This document shows positions 58,901 to 64,000 of a stretch of 64,000 nt of DNA, one piece after another. The notes beneath the pieces are model-generated. The model did not search any database and had not been told where the DNA came from. It worked only from the letters and a program-made list of their open reading frames with translations. The number at the start of each line of letters is the position of its first letter. The stretch's first letter is position 1. Made by a program: the position numbers and the translations under genes. Source of the stretch: Chlamydiota bacterium (lineage in GTDB: Bacteria; Auribacterota; Tritonobacteria; UBA1439); the NCBI GenBank assembly GCA_037133055.1, contig JBAXOY010000002.1, forward strand, positions 2,985-66,984, in the 5' to 3' direction.

Positions 58901-61900
58901 GGGAGGACTGCGCCTTGTAAGTGACCCGGGGTACACGACTGCGGGGGTGACCAACTGCGTGTTCGCATCGAACTCTTCGGCGACCGGCGGCGGCGTCTCC
59001 ACGGAGGGGAATGCAAACGGCAACTCGATGCTCGTGCACTGCACGCTCTGGGGGAACGGCGCGGCGGTGTCGGGGGGAGGGGTCTATAGCGAGGTGAATC
59101 CACCGACGGTGGTGAACTGTGTGCTGTGGAACGACTCGTCGTCCTCGGGCGCGGAGATCGGCTACGGCGAGGGCGCCGCGCCGTACGTGTCGTACTCCGA
59201 CGTGAATCAGGACGGTTATGCGGGGGAGAACGGGAACATCCGGCTGGATCCATATTTCGCGGGGGCGCTGGGCGGGGAATTCCATCTTCGCGGCTACAGC
59301 CCGTGCATCGGGGCGGGTGAGGGCTTTGGAATTACGGTGGACAGGGATATGAATCCGCGGCCTGCCCCCGAGGGATCGAGCCCCGACATGGGCGCGTACG
59401 AGAGCCCGCTGGGTGTCCCCGAGGTATACCCCTACACCGTGATGAATCTGGGGACTCTCGGAGGCAACGGTAGTCAGGCCTGGAGCATCAATTCCTCCGG
59501 GGTAGTCGTCGGTGGAGCGGGGACATCCGGCGGAGACCATGCGTTCAAGTACGAGAATGGAATTATGACGGATCTCGGAACCATCGGAGGCAGCGTAAGT
59601 TGGGCCTTCGGCATCAATTCCTCCGGGGTGATCGTCGGCGCAGCAAATATACCCAGCGACTCCTTGAGCCATGCATTCAAGTATGAGAATGGAGTGATGA
59701 CTGACCTCGGCACCCTCGGCGGCTCCTACAGTTGTGCCTGGGGCATCGATTCGTCGGGGGTGATCGTCGGCGATGCATTTACATCCGGCGAAGAGCAGCA
59801 TGCATTCAAGTACGAAAACGGGAACATGACGGATCTTGGAACCCTCGGCGGCAGCTATAGTCAGGCCTTTGGCATCAATTTCTCCAGGGTGATCGTCGGT
59901 GGAGCGAGGACATCCGGCGGAGATGACCATGCGTTCAAGTACGAGAACGGGATCATGACGGATCTCGGGACCCTCGGCGGCTCCTACAGTTGTGCCTATG
60001 GCATCAATTTCTCCGGGGTGATCGTCGGTACATCAACTACATCCGGCGGAGATTACCATGCATTCAAATACGAGAACGGAGTCATGACGGATCTCGGGAC
60101 TCTCGGCGGCAGCGTGAGTGTCGCCCGGAGCATCAATTCCTCCGGGGTGATCGTCGGTTATTCGTCTCCATCCAACGCGGACAACCATGCATTCAAGTAC
60201 GAGAACGGCGTCATGACGGATATTAATCCATCCGGCGCGTGGAATTCGGATGCGATCGCCATTAACGACAACGGGTGGATCGTGGGCTATGACGATGAAG
60301 GGGCGATGCTGCTCATCCCGCTCGGAGAAGAACCCACGCCGGAGCCGACACTGACGCCTACCGAAATGCCGACGGTGACGCCGACACCCGCCGCAGAGCC
60401 CTGGTACACGACATACGGTCCCGGCGGACAGGATCAGGTGGTGCGGATCGGTAACCTGTATGTTGCAAAGTGGACGGACAATCCGGGCACCGATACGAAC
60501 GCAGCAAAGGACTGGTCATCCGCCTGCTCCTGGGGCGCCGATTTGGTCTGGCTGGGCAAGGATGACTGGAGAGTGCCGACGAAGGATGAATTGACCGCGA
60601 TATGCGGAAGCAGGGGGAGCCTCGGGTCGTATCAGGAGGGCTGGTACTGGTCGTCCACCGAAATCAACGCTAATGATGCCTGGTGCGACTACCTGCCCGA
60701 ATGTTACATGGGGAACCGGCCGAGGGGGCAGGAAAACTATGTGCGCGCGGTGCGCGATGCCGGGGAGGACGCAACCCCGACACCGATGCCGGAGGTGACG
60801 GAGACGCCGACATCGGAGCCGACCGAAACCCCGACGCCGACGGAGACTCCCGAGGTGACGGAAACACCGACCCCGACGCCGACGGAGACTCCCGCGGGGA
60901 ACACCGCGACGGTGTACAGCATGATGGACGGGGTATGCTACTCGGGTGGCAGCTCCGACTGGGCGACGGAGCACGACGCGACTTACCACAACGCGCGGAC
61001 CAACGACGGGAACTATAACCTGCACGCGTCGTGGAACGGGAATTCATACTACATCAACCGCCATTTCATCCATTTCGACATCTCTGGCGCGGTGCCGGCG
61101 GGATCGACAGTGACGGGTGCGAAGCTGAAGCTGTATTTGGACCATGTGTCGACATCGTCGGGTCACTCGCTGGCGGTGGTGAGGAGCTATGCGGCGAGCA
61201 ACACCACCATCGAAGGCAACGACTACGACAACTGCGGCGACGCGGTGACCAACCCGACGGAGGGCGCGGTGCGGAGGGCTTACAGCGCCTTGAGCGAGGG
61301 GTGGAACGAGATTACGCTGAATGCGAGCGCGGTAATGTGGGCAAACGAGGCCGTGGCCGGAGACGGGTGGGTGAAGCTCGGCTTGAGAGAGGGCGAACAC
61401 GACTGCTCCAATGTCGCCCCGGCGGCGTGGGAGGAGATCCGTGTGTGGTTCAGCGAGAGCGGGAACACGCCGGCGCTGGAACTCACGTACGAGGATGGGG
61501 CTGAAACTCCTACGCCCACGGAAACGCCGGTGCCCGAGCCGACGATGACTCCTACACCGGAGCCGACATTGACACCGACCGAAGTGCCGACGGAGACGCC
61601 GACGCAGATGTCTCCTACGTCGACACCTTCGGCTACGCCTGCGGCACCTACGGCTACGCCTCCGGCTCCCACGCCGACACAGACGGCGGCCCCGGCGAAG
61701 ATGCCACTCGTGGCGGGGGAGGTGTCGGGGATGAGGGTGGCGGCGCCGAGGGCCCCCGGCGAGGACGGGTTCGTCTACTTCATGGGGTGCGCGGACGACC
61801 CGCTGGCGCACACGATGGGGTCGGTCTCCGACGGCGACAACACGTTCGTAGGCGGGAACAGTTATACGCCCCAGCCGATAGGGATACGGATCGTGAGATC

Positions 61901-62210
61901 GACGGCGGCGCGGATCACGGTGCAGGCGGGGGATCAGTTGGTCATCACGAACGCAGAAGGGGAGAAGATGAAGGTGCACCTGCCGCCGCTCGACACGACG
62001 GAGGACGTGGCTCTCTACGTGGGATCGGACGGGGCGACGTACTACGACAGCGGGCTCGCCGGCGTGGCGCAACCCGCCCCGACCGTCACGGCGATCAGAG
62101 TGAACTTCCAGCCCGGCGCGTCGGCGATCCCCGCCGGGTTCTACCGCGCTCCGGATACGACGAAGGGGACGCACTGGGGAGACTCGGGGGTGCGGGAGTA
62201 CGGCTGGTAG
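52956..62210 (+). CDS. giant (3084 aa) secreted multidomain surface protein: Ig-like repeats, LVIVD-like propeller repeats, an M23 peptidase domain, TSP3-type Ca-binding repeats, a PKD domain, beta-helix / PMP-like repeats, eight HAF-family repeats, a DUF1566-like domain, and PT-rich linkers; it ends in VNFQP...EYGW
   Basis: A GGGAGGTG ribosome-binding site precedes the ATG at 52956, and there is a signal peptide ([22 protein letters not shown]). The M23 domain shows GNVILVEH...YGHLNN...GYHLHLEV. The TSP3 repeats include [12 protein letters not shown] and [12 protein letters not shown]. The HAF repeats read [28 protein letters not shown], eight times. The DUF1566-like domain shows [15 protein letters not shown]. 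The tail is [36 protein letters not shown] followed by a stop. Confidence 0.8.
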   Translation: MKRPAILLILAAMGTAAPPVSGQIIGSQERGDAVYHNLTGLYSIAGYDHAAIYYGYTSGDRTDMGNHRVIEVGGLFDVVSENSFGDFTTGEDLYYYGAHTNPSITAAQRAAIIATAEDFRDNSNLTYTVFGQIDWKGLDWDGTIGDLENIRCDGLVECCYEMNGVNVWGKEGTHFSIVNYPDEHNDMPDFWNHDTSDGMMEDPRWEVSPKAQRGGLGEEYTQFRISIAYNPVVHPSLSGDTGWEGWYRGDVEVSLTATDDSGIHQENGIDYIQYGPSASGPWTTYTEPFTVTSSTRIYGYSVDKAGNGPSHGSEVVYVKIDRDAPPVTSPAPSPAGPTCSTMPTVSGYTVNDNGPSGIHHYEYKIDGDETVRTATWTSFQTPTLGEGTHTVYVRAVDKAGSEGPWGSCQVVVDFNTIPCPTPTPGNPENDPGELYNAQVAGSVPFTSTGSWTSGCVDGNYLYLAAGGLSIFDLGDPANPSLVGSYPGDWDGEFGIIVRDWKAYTISYHGLKIFDVSNPAQPVLLGSSATGGYFPGYPYEKKMCVSGDYAYAYATLWNISNPQSPSYVYDLRGAPAYVSGGYEWWFYNTMLGVKNVFLAPPPADTDIIRVRPYPIRSEDASYAYDMHVQPPYVYLVDNRFGLTIYDMNFNQQGTYLQFTPWSSPTYSNSHLCVSGNRAYIGSAARPPGTGEDVTFLQVIDVSNPAATRLAGQIGIQGITGGLGNLQDIVARDGYVYMLFNGRILVIRDEAAAPASVVGFDFPVADRDQDPVEGVVRDTRYFARFLPGAYSYGGNSYLGFGILPDGDFLAPNYSSTIEHPGEDWNGSGGGSTDQGQPARAIGDGVVRVSADFGGAWGNVILVEHSAPGGFSFKVADRNGETGNTVSKVWSLYGHLNNRAVSAGDTVTRSQELGGIGNADGYYGNGYHLHLEVRYATWVAKAMSEWTQSDWNAWAVSWGGKAGSATTVEQYWCDPTNFILANRSVAGGSTGDGPSPKRFSATKQFGYYNWTMNVRLLDTAGVAGFKFYMSDDTKPDPTDPDNFPSSWAYKGTAAAGSAVQIGADEFQAGTRYYFTVTAYDTLYRMSDPYYPTVQYVATSEWDGDSDGLEDSWEMLYWGNLDQGANDDPDGDGLTNAEEYALGTYPTNPDSDGDGVSDGDEADGGFDPLDPASHPFPGAAVYTSAANTAGPWDGTQAHPFRTIGDAVRASGADYTVSVAAGTYSENLTLKEGMQLIGAGANQTTIDGPDEEYVYTAVMAPSNATVSGFTINAPNDGDGIDIYDANDPYGVPTTGVTVKNNVIVGGYGIYATNLHSSTIANNTFVTTWSGIGLSMSDTVTVKNNVIAVSDQEYGEGISFDQVADPADIAISYNDVVALTPYMDYGTSGAFTPLPGTGEMSEDPVLMPGAGYRLDAASPSIDAGDPADNYALEPDYPAGAINMGAYGGTAQAETPAEGNQPPAAAIADPGTVGSNTVTLDGSGSSDPDGSIIAYDWYVGGDYAGSGSPLQVNVPAAKVKAGHGSVQAELSVLDNNYASGTTSRTLQFTDTDRDGLANDDDPDDDNDGMPDVWENAYGLNPLVADGNADPDHDGLTNLQEYQAGTDPMDPNDPPPLEPSPTPTAGSATATPTETPEPMLTSTPTETPAPTMSPTSTPTGTPTPEPTATETETPTETPTETPTPGPEVTDTPEPTLTPTETPTEAPTATPTPSVVQTDRYYVNGDVAQSGNGSSWGEALKTIQEAVDAAAWTTDPVDIWVKQGTYALSSEITFNNVRVLIYGGFVGNETERSQRDWQNNPTVVDGQDTVRCFHLGDSEVEINGVTITRGAAYRGAGIYREAGDFGTILGTILNCTLSYNVAEDAGGAIYAAGGNLNVMDCTLSQNTGDRGGAICPEGGVVATVSRCVFESNVAASFGGALYGGFSSVSECRFAGNTALYDGGGAHLFLGSVADCVFEGNAASSGSGGGAFCTGATLDRCTFTSNTASVSGGGLRLVSDPGYTTAGVTNCVFASNSSATGGGVSTEGNANGNSMLVHCTLWGNGAAVSGGGVYSEVNPPTVVNCVLWNDSSSSGAEIGYGEGAAPYVSYSDVNQDGYAGENGNIRLDPYFAGALGGEFHLRGYSPCIGAGEGFGITVDRDMNPRPAPEGSSPDMGAYESPLGVPEVYPYTVMNLGTLGGNGSQAWSINSSGVVVGGAGTSGGDHAFKYENGIMTDLGTIGGSVSWAFGINSSGVIVGAANIPSDSLSHAFKYENGVMTDLGTLGGSYSCAWGIDSSGVIVGDAFTSGEEQHAFKYENGNMTDLGTLGGSYSQAFGINFSRVIVGGARTSGGDDHAFKYENGIMTDLGTLGGSYSCAYGINFSGVIVGTSTTSGGDYHAFKYENGVMTDLGTLGGSVSVARSINSSGVIVGYSSPSNADNHAFKYENGVMTDINPSGAWNSDAIAINDNGWIVGYDDEGAMLLIPLGEEPTPEPTLTPTEMPTVTPTPAAEPWYTTYGPGGQDQVVRIGNLYVAKWTDNPGTDTNAAKDWSSACSWGADLVWLGKDDWRVPTKDELTAICGSRGSLGSYQEGWYWSSTEINANDAWCDYLPECYMGNRPRGQENYVRAVRDAGEDATPTPMPEVTETPTSEPTETPTPTETPEVTETPTPTPTETPAGNTATVYSMMDGVCYSGGSSDWATEHDATYHNARTNDGNYNLHASWNGNSYYINRHFIHFDISGAVPAGSTVTGAKLKLYLDHVSTSSGHSLAVVRSYAASNTTIEGNDYDNCGDAVTNPTEGAVRRAYSALSEGWNEITLNASAVMWANEAVAGDGWVKLGLREGEHDCSNVAPAAWEEIRVWFSESGNTPALELTYEDGAETPTPTETPVPEPTMTPTPEPTLTPTEVPTETPTQMSPTSTPSATPAAPTATPPAPTPTQTAAPAKMPLVAGEVSGMRVAAPRAPGEDGFVYFMGCADDPLAHTMGSVSDGDNTFVGGNSYTPQPIGIRIVRSTAARITVQAGDQLVITNAEGEKMKVHLPPLDTTEDVALYVGSDGATYYDSGLAGVAQPAPTVTAIRVNFQPGASAIPAGFYRAPDTTKGTHWGDSGVREYGW
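57775..58075 (+). repeat. low-complexity PT/ET-rich linker-coding repeats (TPTETPT units) inside the giant gene
   Basis: Repeated acnccgacn / gagacn units are read from the sequence. Similar linkers occur at about 18517-18600, 60340-60395, 60775-60900 and 61505-61690. Confidence 0.7.
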
Positions 62211-62465
62211 CGTCACCTGCAGACGTAATAGATTGTTCATTGGTTTTGCCCGGGTGAAGGCGGTGGAGCCGGCCGGTGTACCGGACCAGAGTCGACTGTG
62301 GTCCGCGCGGGGCTGTTTCGGCACCATTTAATGTGAGGCAATTCGCTGGGCGATTATCACTTGAAAATAGCTTCATAAATAGTGTATAAGAATAACCACT
62401 CCGGTGTCGGCGTTCCCTTGCGCGAAGGACTCGGTGGCACGCGACCCTGGAGTGCGGTCGCCGAA

Positions 62466-63653
62466 ATGAAAAAAGAGATTCTGATCGTCGCCCTCGTTGC
62501 AAGCGCCCTCGGCGCCGGAATTATCCTGTGGCAGATGGGAAAAACCGGCGCCGTTTCCTCCGTGGCGAACGCGCGCGCTCCGGGCCGGGCGTCGGAAAAC
62601 GAACCGCTCCCGCGGGGCAGAAGTTTGGTGCCCGGCAATCGGGCACAGGAGCCGCCGCCTCGGGTTTCCCCGGAGGGGGCTCGCGCGCGGGGAGACCAGC
62701 CCGCCGTCCAGGGTCACCCGACGCCGTCCCCCGCGCTCGCGCCGCCGACGGAAGAGGTTCGCGAAGCCGCGGACATTCCCTCGCCGCCGGGCATTCCCCT
62801 GGCGGAGGCCGCCCTTTCCCCCTCGGGAGAGAAGCTTCTCTTCGGCAGTGCGAGCGGCCGCGGATTGGCCATCCATGATATGGCGTCCAATTCGGAGTTG
62901 ACCGTAAGCTCGGCCCCCGGCTCGGGGTACGGAGCGTCATGGTCGCCCCGGGGCGACCGGGTCGCGTACAAGGAGGTGGACACCGCGTCGGGAGAGGAGA
63001 ACGCGGTGGTGTACGACACGGGGACGGGCACGGCGACGGCATTGAATAAGGAGGGCCGGCAGTGCGGCACGCCGGTCTTCTCGCAAAGCGGCTCGGTTGG
63101 ATTCGCCGCCGGCGATGCGATATATCTCTATGATGAAAATCTCGATTTCAGGAAGAAGATAGCGGTCGATGAAAACGTGCGACAGATGGCGTTCTCGCCG
63201 GACGGGGAGCGCGTGGGGATAGTGACCGTCCGCGGCCTCTTTCTCGTGGATACGGGCGACGGCGGCAAAAAGGAGATCGCGCGCACGAGCGCGGAATACC
63301 TGCAGCCTCATTTTTCGCCCGACGGAAAGAGGATAGCCCTTGGAACCTCGTCCGCCGACCTACATATCGCCGACGTCGCATCGGGGGATATCTGGAACGC
63401 GGGACGCGGAGAATGCCCTCAATGGTTTTCGGACGGCGCCCGTGTGATCTTCCTCAGAAACAGGCGGCTGTTGATAGACGGGGTCAATCAATCGGAGATT
63501 GTCATCGCCGATGCCGCGAAGAGAACGAAGAGGGCCATATTCGAAACGAAAGAGGAGATTCTGTCCGGCCTGTCAGTCTCCTCAGATGAAAAGAAGGCAA
63601 GCTGCATTTCTTCGGACGGGAAAACGGTGAAGATATTCAGCCTCGCCCGGTGA
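62466..63653 (+). CDS. TolB-like (PD40/WD40-like) beta-propeller protein with an N-terminal membrane anchor and a Pro-rich linker
   Basis: The ATG at 62466 is followed by MKKEILIVALVASALGAGIIL, a TM anchor. Repeated about 40-aa units carry S/D-x-G (SWSPRGDRVAY, AFSPDGERVGI, HFSPDGKRIAL), typical of PD40 propellers. Confidence 0.6.
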   Translation: MKKEILIVALVASALGAGIILWQMGKTGAVSSVANARAPGRASENEPLPRGRSLVPGNRAQEPPPRVSPEGARARGDQPAVQGHPTPSPALAPPTEEVREAADIPSPPGIPLAEAALSPSGEKLLFGSASGRGLAIHDMASNSELTVSSAPGSGYGASWSPRGDRVAYKEVDTASGEENAVVYDTGTGTATALNKEGRQCGTPVFSQSGSVGFAAGDAIYLYDENLDFRKKIAVDENVRQMAFSPDGERVGIVTVRGLFLVDTGDGGKKEIARTSAEYLQPHFSPDGKRIALGTSSADLHIADVASGDIWNAGRGECPQWFSDGARVIFLRNRRLLIDGVNQSEIVIADAAKRTKRAIFETKEEILSGLSVSSDEKKASCISSDGKTVKIFSLAR

Positions 63654-63678
63654 GTCGCACGAAAACGGGGGCGGACGG

Positions 63679-64000
63679 ATGAAAAGAACAGCCGGCATTC
63701 CGGCCGCGCTGGCGGCGGTTGCTTTTTCCGGGGGAGTTGCCCGGGCGGTGCAGCTCAGCAACGTGCCCTATGTCCACCAGGTATATGATACCCCCTCGGC
63801 CTTTGACGGAAGCTGGGCATGCAACGCGACCTCCGCGCTCATGGCGATCCAGTATTACGGCAGACTCCCCGTCCATCAGATATCGCTTCCCGCCTTCAAC
63901 GGCGTCCCGGCGCACACGAGCGACTATGGCTTCTACGTCTCCGAGCAGTACACCTACAACGGCGTCACGTACAGCGTCACGTTCAACGACGCAAGCGGCA
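63679..64000 (+). CDS. secreted peptidase C39-like domain protein; the 3' end lies outside the window
   Basis: It has a signal peptide (MKRTAGIPAALAAVAFSGGVARA). VPYVHQVYDTPSAFDGSWACNATSALMAIQYYG matches the C39-like / papain-like pattern with the catalytic Cys embedded in GSWAC. Confidence 0.45.
   Translation, partial: MKRTAGIPAALAAVAFSGGVARAVQLSNVPYVHQVYDTPSAFDGSWACNATSALMAIQYYGRLPVHQISLPAFNGVPAHTSDYGFYVSEQYTYNGVTYSVTFNDASG

Noticed and set aside
55056-59930. 1624-aa minus-strand ORF inside the giant surface-protein gene (also 53202-54962, 61044-62327, 60516-61025)
   Set aside because: It is an antisense shadow of the domain-rich plus-strand ORF. Its Arg/Pro/Gly/Val-rich low complexity is driven by the PT-linker and GC-rich repeats.

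Overview
This is a high-GC (about 65-70%) bacterial chromosomal window, probably from an uncultured, Gram-negative-type organism, with a few lower-GC patches. I found no rRNA, tRNA or CRISPR array.

Gene content from start to end:
- An emrA-tail/emrB efflux pair at 1-1721, followed by small secreted or redox proteins.
- A minus-strand arsenic/metal operon at 5315-10262: arsR, a Cys-rich membrane protein, a CcdA/DsbD-like protein, a 65-aa Cys-rich protein, a CPC-type P1B ATPase, and arsM.
- A YVTN beta-propeller protein.
- mgtA with a roughly 415-nt leader.
- A 1404-aa subtilisin (S8) carrying FG-GAP repeats and a lamin-tail domain.
- A radical-SAM/SPASM enzyme.
- A secreted metallo-beta-lactamase-fold hydrolase.
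- A 3068-aa cyclic beta-1,2-glucan synthase (GT84+GH94).
- A sulfatase island: an anSME, two sulfatases and a 5'-nucleotidase.
- A low-GC patch at 40740-41750.
- A minus-strand signalling operon: a B12-binding protein, a PAS histidine kinase, and a heme-oxygenase fusion.
- A decayed histidine kinase followed by an NtrC-type regulator.
- A HEAT-repeat protein translationally coupled to a 3084-aa surface protein.
- A TolB-like propeller and a partial C39-like peptidase at the window end.

The most unusual observation is a roughly 35-aa C-terminal motif shared by four otherwise unrelated secreted enzymes. Its consensus is R-[IV]-N-[FY]-Q, then P-x-G-[YF]-x-x-D-x-G-x-x-Y, then Y-G-W-(R) followed by a stop. 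A radical-SAM/SPASM gene lies between two of these four genes.

I also see two families of short non-coding repeats flanking the hydrolase and glucan-synthase genes, orphan intrinsic terminators, and several long antisense shadow ORFs that I treat as GC-composition artefacts.
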